From positions 561,365-625,364 of the forward strand of contig JAWLHJ010000004.1 in assembly GCA_041690395.1 (NCBI GenBank): DNA of 64,000 bases, given 5' to 3'. A program made the translations under genes and the position numbers. This stretch comes from Longimicrobiales bacterium (lineage in GTDB: Bacteria; Gemmatimonadota; Gemmatimonadetes; Longimicrobiales; Gaopeijiaceae). Below are positions 1 through 9,718 of this stretch, piece by piece; position 1 is the stretch's first letter, and every line of letters begins with the position of its first letter. The notes under the pieces were generated by a model. It did no database searches. It was not told the origin of the DNA and saw only the letters and a list, made by a program, of their open reading frames with translations.

Positions 1-62
1 ACCGTATTCCAGGCAAGCGGGTTCCGTGCATTGTGGACCGTGACGTCATCGTTTCGACTCGC

Positions 63-1079
63 TCATCGGCGCCGGTCGACGGCATAGGAGACCGACGCCT
101 CCAGCGCGTCCACCGCCGGGCCAGGGGGAAGCTCGCGCAGGGCGCCGAGCGCCCGCTCCGCATATTCGGCGGCCTTTCGCTGCGCATAGTCGAGGCCTCC
201 GCGCTCCATGACGATCTCCACGATACGGGCGATCTCCTCGTCACTGGGGTCGACCCGGGTGAAGAAGCGACGGATCTCGCGGTCCTCGGTCTCGGAGGCG
301 TCGCGAAGGGCTCCGATCAGCGGTAGGGTGACCTTCCGCTCCCGGAGATCGTGACCGGTCGGCTTGCCCGTCACCTCCTCGGTCCCCGTGTAGTCGAGCA
401 GGTCGTCCGCGATCTGGAACGCCATCCCCAGGCCGTGCCCGTAGCGGGCCAGCGGTTCCCGGTACGCCGGAGCGCCCGAGAGGGCGCCCATCTCGCACGC
501 GGCCGACATCAGCGAAGCCGTCTTGGCGGCGATGAGCCGGTAGTAGTCCTCTTCCGAGAAGTCGAGCGCGTCGTACGACGTGAGCTGCCGCATCTCGCCG
601 ACCGACATCTCGTTCGCGGCGTTCGCGAGCACGGCCAGCGCGTCGATGTTGCCGACGCGGGCCAGCTCGGACACACCTCGGGAGTACAAGTAGTCCCCCA
701 TGATGACCGCGATCTGGTGCGTCCAGAGCGCGTTCACCGTCGGCAGACCGCGACGCAGCACCGAGTGGTCGACGGAGTCGTCGTGCACGAGGGTCGCCAG
801 GTGCACCAACTCCACGACCGCGGCCAACGTCAGCGCGTCGTCCCCCTCCCGACCGTCGACCGCATCGGCGAGGAGCAGGAGCGTCGGTCGGAACAGCTTC
901 CCCTGCATGAACAGGAGATGCTCGTTCACGTCCTCGATCATCGCGAAGTCCGACAGCACGATGCGCCGGATCTCGCCAGCCACCTGGTCGAGCTGGTCCT
1001 TCACCGGTGCCTGGATGGCGGACAGCTTCGGGGGCGTCACGGCGCGACGCCGGACCCGGGTCGCATCAGCGGAGGGCAC
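63..1079 (-). CDS. ispB: Polyprenyl (octaprenyl-like) diphosphate synthase
   Basis: GKLFRP, VELVHLATLVHDDSVD..RRG (first Asp-rich motif), KTA, FQIADDLLD (second Asp-rich motif). True start may be GTG at 1040. Confidence 0.9.
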   Translation of the reverse strand: MPSADATRVRRRAVTPPKLSAIQAPVKDQLDQVAGEIRRIVLSDFAMIEDVNEHLLFMQGKLFRPTLLLLADAVDGREGDDALTLAAVVELVHLATLVHDDSVDHSVLRRGLPTVNALWTHQIAVIMGDYLYSRGVSELARVGNIDALAVLANAANEMSVGEMRQLTSYDALDFSEEDYYRLIAAKTASLMSAACEMGALSGAPAYREPLARYGHGLGMAFQIADDLLDYTGTEEVTGKPTGHDLRERKVTLPLIGALRDASETEDREIRRFFTRVDPSDEEIARIVEIVMERGGLDYAQRKAAEYAERALGALRELPPGPAVDALEASVSYAVDRRR

Positions 1080-2799
1080 GAAGGCGCTCCGTGACGTCCG
1101 CGAAGTTGATGTCGAGCGCGAACACGCGGTCGTAGAACTCGACCGCCGACTCGTTCTGCCCGAGCTTCTCGTGGGCCCGGGCGAGGTAGTAGTAGATCCC
1201 GAGGAGCTCGTCCTCGACGCCGGTCGGGATCTTGAGCGCTCGCTCCAGCGACTTCACGGCCGCCTCGTTCTTGCCCATCTCGAGGAAGGTCTGGCCCAGG
1301 AGCTCGTAGGTCGGCAGGTGGTCGGCCGAAGCACGGAGAGCCGCCTGGAACTCACCGATCGCCTCGTCGAGCAGCCCCATCTCCTTGTAGGCCGTGCCGA
1401 GGTCGTGGTGGGCCCTCACGTCGGACGCCTCGAGGTTCTCGGAGACCTTCTCCTTGAACTGCGAGAGCATCTTCTGGAAGTCGGCCGTCTCGTCGCCGCT
1501 CGGCTCCTCGTACTGGACCCGGAAGCGGGTCGTCTTGGGCTCCGCGGGCTCGTCGCCGAAGATCATCGACCCGAGATCGACGTAGTCGCCGGCCGCGGGC
1601 TCCTCGGTCTCCCCCGGGGCCTCGGCTTCCGTCTCCTCGGGCTCGTCGAAGCCGGGGAGATCGACGACCTCGTCGTCGTCGTCCCAATCGTCGGGCTCCG
1701 CCTCGATGTCGGCCGTGTCGAGGCCGAACTCGCCCGCTTCGTCCAGGACCTCGGTCGATGCGGGGACGACGTCCTCGTCGCCTTCGTCCGGTCCGTCGAA
1801 ACCGATCAGCGGCAGATCGGGCGCCTCGTCTTCCTCGTCCTCAGGCTCGTCCTCGGCTTCGGGCTCGGCGGCGGCTTGCTCCTCTTCCTCTTCCTCTTCC
1901 TCTTCCTCCTCTTCCTCGTCCTCGGCTTCGGGCTCGGCGGCGGCGTCCTCCCACGCGTCCTCGAGCGCGTCCATGACGGGGAGCTCTTCCAGCTCGGCGG
2001 GCTCGTCCTCCGCCTCCGCCTCGACTGCCGGAGCGGGCTCGTCCGGGACGAGGGCATCGGCGTCGTCCAGCCCCTCGGCCGCGACCGGCGCCACGTCCTC
2101 GTCGTCCTCCTCCCCGAACGGCTTCATGTACTCGAAGCCGTCGCCCGGGGCGGCACCCTTGTCGAGCGCCTCGACCGCGAGCGCCTCGAAATCGATGTCC
2201 GGATCGAGCTCGAGGAGTCGGCTCTCGAGCCCGAAGGCCCGATCGTCGCGGCCGGTCTGTTTGAGGACCTGATAGGCGATCGACAGCTGCCCGATCCCCT
2301 CCTCGGTCCGGTCGCTCGCCAGCATCTGGTCGGCCACCGCGACGCGGACGTCGACGTCGTCCCGCACGAGGTCGGCGAACTCGACGAGCGCCCGGAACGA
2401 TTCGTCCAGGTCCCCCGCCTCCGACATCAGCTCGGCGTACTTCAGGAAGTTCTCGCGGGCGTCGGGAATGAACCCCTGCTCGGCCCTGATCTGGCCCATG
2501 ACGAGGTAGATCTGGTCCCGGCCGGGCACGTGCCGCACGATCTTCTTGCAGACCGCGATGGCATTGTTGGGGAGATACGCGTCGCGGTAGAGCGCGATGG
2601 CGCGATCGTAGTGCTCGAGCGCCTTTTCGTAGTTCCCGACCTTCACGTACAGGTCACCGACCCGGTTGTGGAGACCGCTGTCGGGCTGGTCTTCCTCGTC
2701 CAGCTTCGCGATCGCCTTACCGTATTGGTCCAGTGCCTTCTGCCACTCTTCGCTCTGTTCGTGGCGTCGGGCCTGTGCTTTGAGCGACTCGATGCTCAT
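1066..2799 (-). CDS. TPR protein with N-terminal TPRs, very acidic linker and C-terminal TPR block (SgmX/FimV-like architecture)
   Basis: TPR helices (LHNRVGDLYVKVGNYEKALEHY; AHHDLGTAYKEMGLLDEAIGEF); poly-Glu/Asp linker; overlaps the ftcD stop (ATGA). Confidence 0.8.
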   Translation of the reverse strand: MSIESLKAQARRHEQSEEWQKALDQYGKAIAKLDEEDQPDSGLHNRVGDLYVKVGNYEKALEHYDRAIALYRDAYLPNNAIAVCKKIVRHVPGRDQIYLVMGQIRAEQGFIPDARENFLKYAELMSEAGDLDESFRALVEFADLVRDDVDVRVAVADQMLASDRTEEGIGQLSIAYQVLKQTGRDDRAFGLESRLLELDPDIDFEALAVEALDKGAAPGDGFEYMKPFGEEDDEDVAPVAAEGLDDADALVPDEPAPAVEAEAEDEPAELEELPVMDALEDAWEDAAAEPEAEDEEEEEEEEEEEEEQAAAEPEAEDEPEDEEDEAPDLPLIGFDGPDEGDEDVVPASTEVLDEAGEFGLDTADIEAEPDDWDDDDEVVDLPGFDEPEETEAEAPGETEEPAAGDYVDLGSMIFGDEPAEPKTTRFRVQYEEPSGDETADFQKMLSQFKEKVSENLEASDVRAHHDLGTAYKEMGLLDEAIGEFQAALRASADHLPTYELLGQTFLEMGKNEAAVKSLERALKIPTGVEDELLGIYYYLARAHEKLGQNESAVEFYDRVFALDINFADVTERLRALR

Positions 2800-3758
2800 T
2801 CGGTGCCGTCCGAGGTCTCCGTGCTCCCGCCGACGCGCCGTGCGACGTGCTGGGCGAGCCGGTGGGATAGGACCCGGGCGGGTCCCAGGTCAGGAACGAC
2901 TAATCTGTCCCCCCCGGGCGGAAGCACAAGGGTATCGGGCATCATACCGATGACCTCCGTCTCCTCGACAGAGCCGCCGAGTGCCTCGATCCCGGTGTGG
3001 ATTCCGGCCAGGACGTCGAGCGGCGAGACACCGACGGGATCCTCGAGATTCATGGAGATCTGGAGCTGGCCGGAGCCGGGCATGCGGAGGCCCAGCGCGC
3101 GCAGGGATCGGAAGCCACCCCCCCGCTCCCGGATCTCCGCCGCGATCCGACGGGCGTCGTCGAGCGTGACGCCACGCACCCAGACGTTCCAGGCGAGAAG
3201 AACGGGCCGAGCACCCACGCAGGTGACGCCCGCGGTCGGGTGGGGCCGGAGACCGCGCGGGCGCGGGGTTCCGCCCGGCCACAGGTCGGGCTCTCTCCCC
3301 GCCGGGAAGCCGTCCCGCAGTGCCTCCACGCCGCCGCGTCGGAGCTCGGCCAATCCCCGCCCCGGCGGATCGGAGGCCTGGGCGTAGAGGTAGACCGGCA
3401 CGTCGAGCTCCGCCGCGATCCTCCGGCCGACCCTGCGCGCCGAGGCCACGGCGTCCGCCATCGTCAGGTCGTGGAGCGGCACGAACGGGAGGACGTCCAG
3501 CGCTCCCACACGTGGGTGGATCCCCTGGTGCTCCCGCAGGTCGATGTGCTCCACCGCGAAGCGGGCTGCGGTGAATGCCGCCTCCTCGACCGCGGACGGC
3601 TCTCCGATGAAGGTGAGGACGGAACGATGATGGTCGGCGTCCGACGACCAGTCGAGCACGTCGACGCCGACGGCCTGCACGAGCTCGACGAGCCGCCCGA
3701 CCTTCGCGACGTCACGTCCTTCGGAGATGTTCGGAACCGCTTCGAGAACCGGAATCAT
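2796..3758 (-). CDS. ftcD: Glutamate formimidoyltransferase (no cyclodeaminase domain)
   Basis: EAVPNISEGR, DADHHRSV, HQGIHPRVGALDVLPFVPL, GARPVLLAWNV, QISMNL; ATG at 3758. Confidence 0.9.
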   Translation of the reverse strand: MIPVLEAVPNISEGRDVAKVGRLVELVQAVGVDVLDWSSDADHHRSVLTFIGEPSAVEEAAFTAARFAVEHIDLREHQGIHPRVGALDVLPFVPLHDLTMADAVASARRVGRRIAAELDVPVYLYAQASDPPGRGLAELRRGGVEALRDGFPAGREPDLWPGGTPRPRGLRPHPTAGVTCVGARPVLLAWNVWVRGVTLDDARRIAAEIRERGGGFRSLRALGLRMPGSGQLQISMNLEDPVGVSPLDVLAGIHTGIEALGGSVEETEVIGMMPDTLVLPPGGDRLVVPDLGPARVLSHRLAQHVARRVGGSTETSDGTE

Positions 3759-3840
3759 GCCGGACAAGATAAGGCCGGATGCCACCGGGCAGTTACCGCG
3801 GTAACCGGCACAGGTGACGGGCTCGGCCGACCGTGACGAC

Positions 3841-3876
3841 GAAACCGGCCCACCGGGAGCGATCCCGATGAGCCGG
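3841..3876 (-). terminator. Intrinsic terminator downstream of the FN3 lipoprotein gene
   Basis: Minus strand ccggctcatcggga-tcgc-tcccggtgggccgg-tttc: 14-bp stem with two G.U pairs and a short U tail. Confidence 0.6.
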
Positions 3877-3949
3877 CCATGGCGGGCTGGACGCCGCGCG
3901 TATCTCGCGTCCGGTCGGCGCCCAACCCCGATGCGTCCGTGTTCGTCGG

Positions 3950-5086
3950 TCAGGACCTACCGGGAACGAGCTCCGGGTTCCCCGGCTGGAGCTGGTAGGC
4001 CCAGTCGAAGATCATCACGCCACCGTTCTCGTTCTCCCCCTGCATCGTGACGCGGATCGCCCCGTAGTGGACCTCCCCGTCGTCACCGATGACTTCGAGG
4101 AAGTAGATGTACTCGGGCTCGATCGGTATCACGTCCTGCGTGTATCCGGTCGTTCCCGACGGAGCGATGGTAGCGTCGAGGCAGTCAAAATCCGCAGCCA
4201 CGCCGCACTTGAGTTGACTCGAGAAGAACCCTTCGTCATAGACCCACGTCCCGGCCGCAACGGTCGGCCGTAGCCACCAGAGACCGGTTCCATCGCGCTC
4301 GACGCTGAAATGCGCGTCCGGATCGTCGCCTGGCAGGATGGAACCGTCTGCGTCATCCTCGGGGAAGCGGAAGCCCGACGCCGAGTTATCGTCGAAGTAG
4401 TCGTAAATAATCTGTGCGGTATAATCCGGTCGCGGCGTCCCCGACGCGATCGTGCTCGACGCGCCCTCGTGCCCGTCCACGTCGACGGCCGTCACGAAGT
4501 AGTCGTAGGTCATCCCGTTCCCGGCCAGCAGGTCGAGGAAGCCCTCCGAGTCCGTTTCACCGAGCAGATAGTCGTTCCCATCCGGCGCGGCCTGGTAGAC
4601 GCGGTAGAACGAGAAGTCCGTGGCGTCCCGTGAGCGATCCCCCCAGACGATGTAATTCGCATCGTCCAACGCGATCACGCGGCTCTGGTCCGGGGCCGGA
4701 GGCGCGGTCCGCTCGGGTGAGAACACCTCGACGGTGAAGTCCGAGGGCGTCTCGAGGCCGGCACCCGGATCCCAGGCGGCCACGTAGTACTCGTACGTGA
4801 CGCTCGGCTCGATGTTGGTGTCGCTGTAGGAGCACAACCCGCTCGTGCAGCTCGTCACCTCGGCGATCAGGAAGTAGTCGGCGTCGCTCACGCGGCGGCC
4901 GTAGACGCGGAAGGACTCACCGTCCCACCCGGATCCCAGCTCCCAGGTCAGCGTGATGGCGCCGGCGTAGTAGCCGCCCTCCAGCGCCCTCGGTGCGGCG
5001 GGTGCCCCCACGACCACCGTCGAATCGTTGTTGCACCCGGCGGCCCCGATCAGGGTGGCGAGCACAACGAACATGACACGTCTCAT
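3950..5086 (-). CDS. Lipoprotein with fibronectin type III-like repeats
   Basis: Signal peptide with lipobox LIGAAG-C; two FN3-like units (ITLTW..FRVY..YEYYVAAWD; YRVY..YDYFVTAVD); RBS gaggagagga before ATG 5086. Confidence 0.75.
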   Translation of the reverse strand: MRRVMFVVLATLIGAAGCNNDSTVVVGAPAAPRALEGGYYAGAITLTWELGSGWDGESFRVYGRRVSDADYFLIAEVTSCTSGLCSYSDTNIEPSVTYEYYVAAWDPGAGLETPSDFTVEVFSPERTAPPAPDQSRVIALDDANYIVWGDRSRDATDFSFYRVYQAAPDGNDYLLGETDSEGFLDLLAGNGMTYDYFVTAVDVDGHEGASSTIASGTPRPDYTAQIIYDYFDDNSASGFRFPEDDADGSILPGDDPDAHFSVERDGTGLWWLRPTVAAGTWVYDEGFFSSQLKCGVAADFDCLDATIAPSGTTGYTQDVIPIEPEYIYFLEVIGDDGEVHYGAIRVTMQGENENGGVMIFDWAYQLQPGNPELVPGRS

Positions 5087-5144
5087 GATTCCTCTCCTCG
5101 GTCGGGCCCCGCGGTGCGAGGCCTTGCGTGACACCCAACGCAGG

Positions 5145-5160
5145 AGCACGGCGCGTGCCG
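5145..5160 (-). promoter_or_regulatory. Putative sigma-54 (-24/-12) promoter for the FN3 lipoprotein
   Basis: Minus strand CGGCACG-CGCC-GTGCT has exact GG-N10-GC spacing; CAA-N4-TTG (IHF-like core) lies at 5167-5179. Confidence 0.5.
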
Positions 5161-5256
5161 CGCACTCAAGTCGTTGTAGAACAGCACGTTACGAAACGCA
5201 CGGTCGCGCGTAGCGTCCTCACCAGGGGACACCTGACGCGCAGATGGGAGACAGCC

Positions 5257-8200
5257 TCAGCCCCCTCCGCCCCCCTGCGCGGGAAGCCCCACGTCGAGGT
5301 TGCGCTGGCGGTAGTCGAACTTCAGGTCGCGGTTGTCGGTCAGGGCCACCTCGAAGCGGAAGCTCCAGTTCCCGGTCGCAGTCTGCATGAAGTCGAAGTG
5401 AGCCTGCCAGCGGTGAAGGTCGCGGGTGAGCCGGATGATGTGGTCGTTGAACGCGTTCGCCTCGAGGTCGTACGACGTCCGCCAGCTCATGTCCCAGTTC
5501 TCGGTGGGCTGCAGCCGGAGGGTCCCGCTGAGCATCTGACTCAGCCGGTCCGGATCGTTCCTGGGCCGTTGCAGGCTGTACGAGATGTTGGCGTTCCACT
5601 GCCCGATGTCCGAGCTCCGTCGCTCGGGACCCTGCTGCTCGAGGGTCCTCGGATCGTCCGCTCCGGGAATGATGGAGCCCTCGCCCATCATGTCGTCCCC
5701 GAACGGGTCGTCCAGGTCGTCGAAGGCCTCGTCTTCGTCCCTGGGAGCCGGGTCCTCGCTCTGCCCCCCACCGAGCCCCAGCCAACGCACGATCCCGGAG
5801 CGTGAGCTGAGGGAGAATCCCAAGTTCAGCGAAGACAGGTGGGGGCGGAACCGGCGCTCCTGGAGCACGCCGTCGGCCAGCGAGTCCGCGAACAGCTGGT
5901 GGCGCATCGAGATCGAGAGGCCGCGCAGGTAGTCCGAGGTGATCTGGTTGGACAGCTCCGTGGTCTCGAAGCCCGCGAGGAACATCCCCGCGGAATCGGC
6001 CTCCACGAAGTCGTACCGGACCACGCTGGTGGTGAGCCCGAGCAGCGTCGTCACCGGAGGCCGCTGGATACGGCGTGGCCCGCCCTCGTCCTGCTGGGCC
6101 GTGTCCGGCCCGGTGAGCTCCGCGATCGACGCCGTGTCCGACAGGGGAACGTCGGGGTCGCCAGCCAGGGGGTCGTCGGGGTCACCGGTCTCGACGACGC
6201 CGGCGGGACCCGCCCGCCGGGCCGCGGCGGCCGAGTCGGCGCCCGGATCCTCTCGCCTACGCGCCTCGAACGTCTGGTTCAGCGTGACCGCGACGACGTT
6301 GCGCGGCCGAATGGCCCTGGATCCGAACACATCCTGCTGGAGTTGGCTCGGGTTGGCCGTCGGGGTCCACGCGTAGGTGATGGAGGGCGTGATCTTGTGC
6401 CGGATCGCCTCGAACGGGCCGACACCCGGGAAGAACCCGTAGATGTCGCTCTTCAACGTGGCTCCGAGCGACAGCCTGGTCGGGGCCGCCACGAAGTCCG
6501 ATGCGAGGCTCGACGTGTCGGCGCGGAAGAGGTCCCCGGAGAACGAGAGGTCGGGGGTGAGGGTCGTGGAGCCGATCAGCCGCTGCTGGTAGTTGATCGA
6601 GGTCCGCCACTCGATGGTCGCGTCCGCGATGTCCCGCGCCGGAGCCCCCGACACCAGGTCCTCCGGGCTCGGCGGTACCCCGGGCTCGGCATTCAACAGG
6701 GCTTCCGGCACCCCGATCGTGCGCCGCTCCGCGAAGGAGATCGACGGCGCCACCCGCAGATTCCCGATCCCGAGCCCGGTCGACACGCTCGCCCTCGCCG
6801 CCTCACGGTCCGCCCGCGCCAACGCGAACGTGTCCTGGGGCGCGTAGTCGGACGTGGTGCGCGAGAAGCTGGTATTGGCGTTCCACGTCATGTTGTTCCA
6901 GAAGGCCGCCTCGGTCGAGGGGGCAGGGAACAGCGTGCGGGAGGTGAACGACAGGCTGGCCTGCGGAAGCGTCCACTCGACGCGGTCGTCCGAAAGGTAT
7001 TGGTTCCGGTTGGCGTTGACGGTCAGGTTCCCCCAGTCGAAGCGCCGGCTCACGCCCCCGCTGGACGTGATCTGCTGGGTGACCTCCCTGGGGTCGAACG
7101 AGAACTCGCGGACGAAGTCGGCGGCCGCGTAGCGGGCGTCGATGTTGAGGCGCGTGCGCTCGTCGGGCTGCCAGCTGTGGTTGCTGTCGAGCGCGAACTG
7201 CGTACCGTCCTCCCCCCAGTAGCGCGTCACGTTCGCGCGCCCGTCGAGGAACTGCCGGTTGAGCCTGTACTGGAAGGCCGTGGTGAGGCTGAAGAAGGTG
7301 TCGCTGAACCAGTCGAAGGCGATCTGCGCGTCCGTGTAGTCGCTCATCGCCCAGTAGAAGCCCAGGTTGCTGATGCGTCGCCGGTAGCCCCTCGACGTCC
7401 TCACGATGTCGTTGATGCTGAAGCGTGGCGTGAGCAGGCCGGACGCGCGTCCCTGCTCGAGGTCCTGGGCGATGAACGGAAGCCAGGCCACGGGCACGTC
7501 GGCGAAGTACAGCCGCACGCCGCGCGCGACGAGAATCCGGCCTCCAATCACCTTGATCTGGTCGGACTCGAAGTGGTAATGCGGCTCCTCGAGGTCGCAG
7601 GAGGTGAACCGCGCGTGCGACATGAACGTCGAGTCCTGGCCCGCCCAGGGCATGTCCCCGGTCATGATCCACTGGGTGCCGCCCTCGCTGAACTCGGTCC
7701 GCGCCCCTAGCGCCGACCCGCGCTCCTGGTTCAGGTCGTATATCATGTCCACCGCGTCCACCGGGTCGTTGTCCGGCGGCGTGAAGGTCGACATGCCGCG
7801 GGTGCGCATGAGCCCGGTCGACTCGTCGAAGACGATCGCCGAGTCGGCCTGGACCTCGATCCCCTCCCTGCGGACCACGGCGCGCCCGTCCTCCGGCGCC
7901 TGCAGCACGAGCACGCGCTCCGTGGCTGTGAAGTCGGCGGACTCGCCCTCGTAGCGCGTCAGCGAGAAGCCCGGGAGCGCCGAGAGGGCGGCGATCACCG
8001 AATCCGCGTCCCCGGCCATGGCCGGGCGCCTCCCCGCCTGGGCCTCGGCCTGCCGGATCGAGTCCTCCTGGAAGAGCACGCTGTCCGCTCCGATCGGACG
8101 CGCGAGCCTCCGGAGGCGCTCCCGGAGCGCCTGCTCCACCGAGTCGGCCCGGGCGAGCGCACTGTCGGCCGCGAGCGTGTCCACTGCCAGCGTCGTGTCC

Positions 8201-8295
8201 GGGGGCGGGACGGGATCCTGACCGAGCGCGCGAGCGGGGGAGAGGACGCCGCAGAAGGCCAGCACCAGCGCGAGCGCTCCCCCCCTCCACGTCAT
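5257..8295 (-). CDS. lptD: LPS assembly outer-membrane protein LptD-like
   Basis: Signal peptide; FTSCDLEEPHYHF; GRASGLLTP; C-terminal RDLHRWQAHF beta-strands. ATG 8295 overlaps the tatC stop; the ORF-track extension to 9081 is a tatC shadow. Confidence 0.8.
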   Translation of the reverse strand: MTWRGGALALVLAFCGVLSPARALGQDPVPPPDTTLAVDTLAADSALARADSVEQALRERLRRLARPIGADSVLFQEDSIRQAEAQAGRRPAMAGDADSVIAALSALPGFSLTRYEGESADFTATERVLVLQAPEDGRAVVRREGIEVQADSAIVFDESTGLMRTRGMSTFTPPDNDPVDAVDMIYDLNQERGSALGARTEFSEGGTQWIMTGDMPWAGQDSTFMSHARFTSCDLEEPHYHFESDQIKVIGGRILVARGVRLYFADVPVAWLPFIAQDLEQGRASGLLTPRFSINDIVRTSRGYRRRISNLGFYWAMSDYTDAQIAFDWFSDTFFSLTTAFQYRLNRQFLDGRANVTRYWGEDGTQFALDSNHSWQPDERTRLNIDARYAAADFVREFSFDPREVTQQITSSGGVSRRFDWGNLTVNANRNQYLSDDRVEWTLPQASLSFTSRTLFPAPSTEAAFWNNMTWNANTSFSRTTSDYAPQDTFALARADREAARASVSTGLGIGNLRVAPSISFAERRTIGVPEALLNAEPGVPPSPEDLVSGAPARDIADATIEWRTSINYQQRLIGSTTLTPDLSFSGDLFRADTSSLASDFVAAPTRLSLGATLKSDIYGFFPGVGPFEAIRHKITPSITYAWTPTANPSQLQQDVFGSRAIRPRNVVAVTLNQTFEARRREDPGADSAAAARRAGPAGVVETGDPDDPLAGDPDVPLSDTASIAELTGPDTAQQDEGGPRRIQRPPVTTLLGLTTSVVRYDFVEADSAGMFLAGFETTELSNQITSDYLRGLSISMRHQLFADSLADGVLQERRFRPHLSSLNLGFSLSSRSGIVRWLGLGGGQSEDPAPRDEDEAFDDLDDPFGDDMMGEGSIIPGADDPRTLEQQGPERRSSDIGQWNANISYSLQRPRNDPDRLSQMLSGTLRLQPTENWDMSWRTSYDLEANAFNDHIIRLTRDLHRWQAHFDFMQTATGNWSFRFEVALTDNRDLKFDYRQRNLDVGLPAQGGGGG

Positions 8296-9164
8296 GAGTC
8301 CTCCGACGAGTCCCTTCGCTCGACGGCTCCCACCGGCGGCTCCTCGCTCGGCGAGTACTTCGCCCGGTACTCCTCCTCCAGCTCGCGCTCGCGTTTCCGG
8401 CGCCCACGGTAGATGCCCACCGACAGGAAGATCCCCAACTCGTAGAGCAGAATGAGCGGGAACATCATCATGACCGTGAGCGTGATCGCGTCGCCCGGCG
8501 TGATGAAGCTGGCGAGCACCGTGATCAGTACGATCGCGTGTCTCCGCTTCTCTCGGAGGAACTCGGGCGTGACCAGCCCGAGCGCGCTCAGGATCAGGAT
8601 GACGATCGGCAGCTCGAACACGACCCCGAACGCCAGGAGCATCTTCACGACGAAGCCCAGCGTGTTGTTGATCTCCAGCTGCCCGACCAGCGACTCGGTC
8701 ATGAATCCCTGGAAGAACTCCAGGGTGACGGGAAGGGCCGCGAAGTACGCGAGCGCCACGCCGGCCGCGAACAGGACGACGCCGAGGTAGAGCGCGGGAA
8801 GGATGGCGCGCTTCTCCCGCTTCTCCAGCGCCGGGGAGAGGAACGCCCAGATGTTGTAGACGAGGATCGGGAGGGCCAGGATGAGCCCGATGTAGATCGC
8901 CAGCCGGATCGTCACGAAGAACGGGTCCGCCGGGGACAGGTACACGAGCTGCAGGCTCGGATCGTCGCGCGCCGCGCGGATGGGCCGCATGAGGAGCTCG
9001 AGCGCATCGTAGTACGTCACCAGGAAGAACCCGATGCCGGTCCCGATGATCACCGCCACCAGCGACCAGAGGATACGCCAACGAAGCTCTTCCAGGTGAT
9101 CCAGGAAGGGCATCTCGCCTCGAGCATTGCGATGGCGCGTCACGCGTGGGCTTCTGAGGGGCAC
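8292..9164 (-). CDS. tatC: Twin-arginine translocase subunit TatC
   Basis: MPFLDHLEELRWR, WAFLSPAL, FELP, ITPGD, LLYE; exact start uncertain. Confidence 0.95.
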   Translation of the reverse strand: MPLRSPRVTRHRNARGEMPFLDHLEELRWRILWSLVAVIIGTGIGFFLVTYYDALELLMRPIRAARDDPSLQLVYLSPADPFFVTIRLAIYIGLILALPILVYNIWAFLSPALEKREKRAILPALYLGVVLFAAGVALAYFAALPVTLEFFQGFMTESLVGQLEINNTLGFVVKMLLAFGVVFELPIVILILSALGLVTPEFLREKRRHAIVLITVLASFITPGDAITLTVMMMFPLILLYELGIFLSVGIYRGRRKRERELEEEYRAKYSPSEEPPVGAVERRDSSEDS

Positions 9165-9179
9165 GACAGGGTCCGTGGG

Positions 9180-9677
9180 CTAAATCGGAAGCTCTACCTG
9201 GTTTCTGCGGAGCTCCTCGCGTTCCTGAGCCGCAGCCATCTCGTCGATGAACTCTTGAAACTCACCCGCGTCCTGGAAGTTCCGGTAAACCGACGCAAAC
9301 CGCACGTAAGCCACGCGGTCGATCGGTCGCAGCAACTCCATGACGAGCGCACCCAGCTTCACGCTCGGCACTTCGAGGGACGCGGCCTTCGAGAGGTCGT
9401 CCTCCACGCGATCGACGAGCGCCTCCATGGTCGAGGCCGACACCGGCCTCTTGGCGCAAGCGATCTTCACGCTGTCGAGGAGCTTCCCACGATCGAAGTC
9501 CTCGACCGCGCCGGAGCGCTTGAGGACCTGGAAAGGCCGCTCTTCGACGTACTCGTACGTCGTGAAGCGCGCACCGCACACGGAGCACTCGCGTCGGCGC
9601 CGGACGGCCCGCCCGCCCCGACTGGCCCGAGTGTCGACGACCCGGTTCTCCGTGGCATCGCACTCGGGACACCGCAT
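9180..9677 (-). CDS. nrdR: Transcriptional repressor NrdR
   Basis: MRCPEC, RRRRECSVCGARFTTYE, ATP cone, VAYVRFASVY. Confidence 0.97.
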   Translation of the reverse strand: MRCPECDATENRVVDTRASRGGRAVRRRRECSVCGARFTTYEYVEERPFQVLKRSGAVEDFDRGKLLDSVKIACAKRPVSASTMEALVDRVEDDLSKAASLEVPSVKLGALVMELLRPIDRVAYVRFASVYRNFQDAGEFQEFIDEMAAAQEREELRRNQVELPI

Positions 9678-9718
9678 GGGTCAGCGCGACGATCGCAGGG
9701 CGACGACGAGGCGCCGCA

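Noticed and set aside
1..49. Possible gene start MTSRSTMHGTRLPGIR on minus, running off the left edge
   Set aside because: Too short to support any call.
8296..9081. N-terminal extension making LptD 1274 aa
   Set aside because: It overlaps tatC in another frame. The signal peptide and ATGA overlap place the start at 8295.
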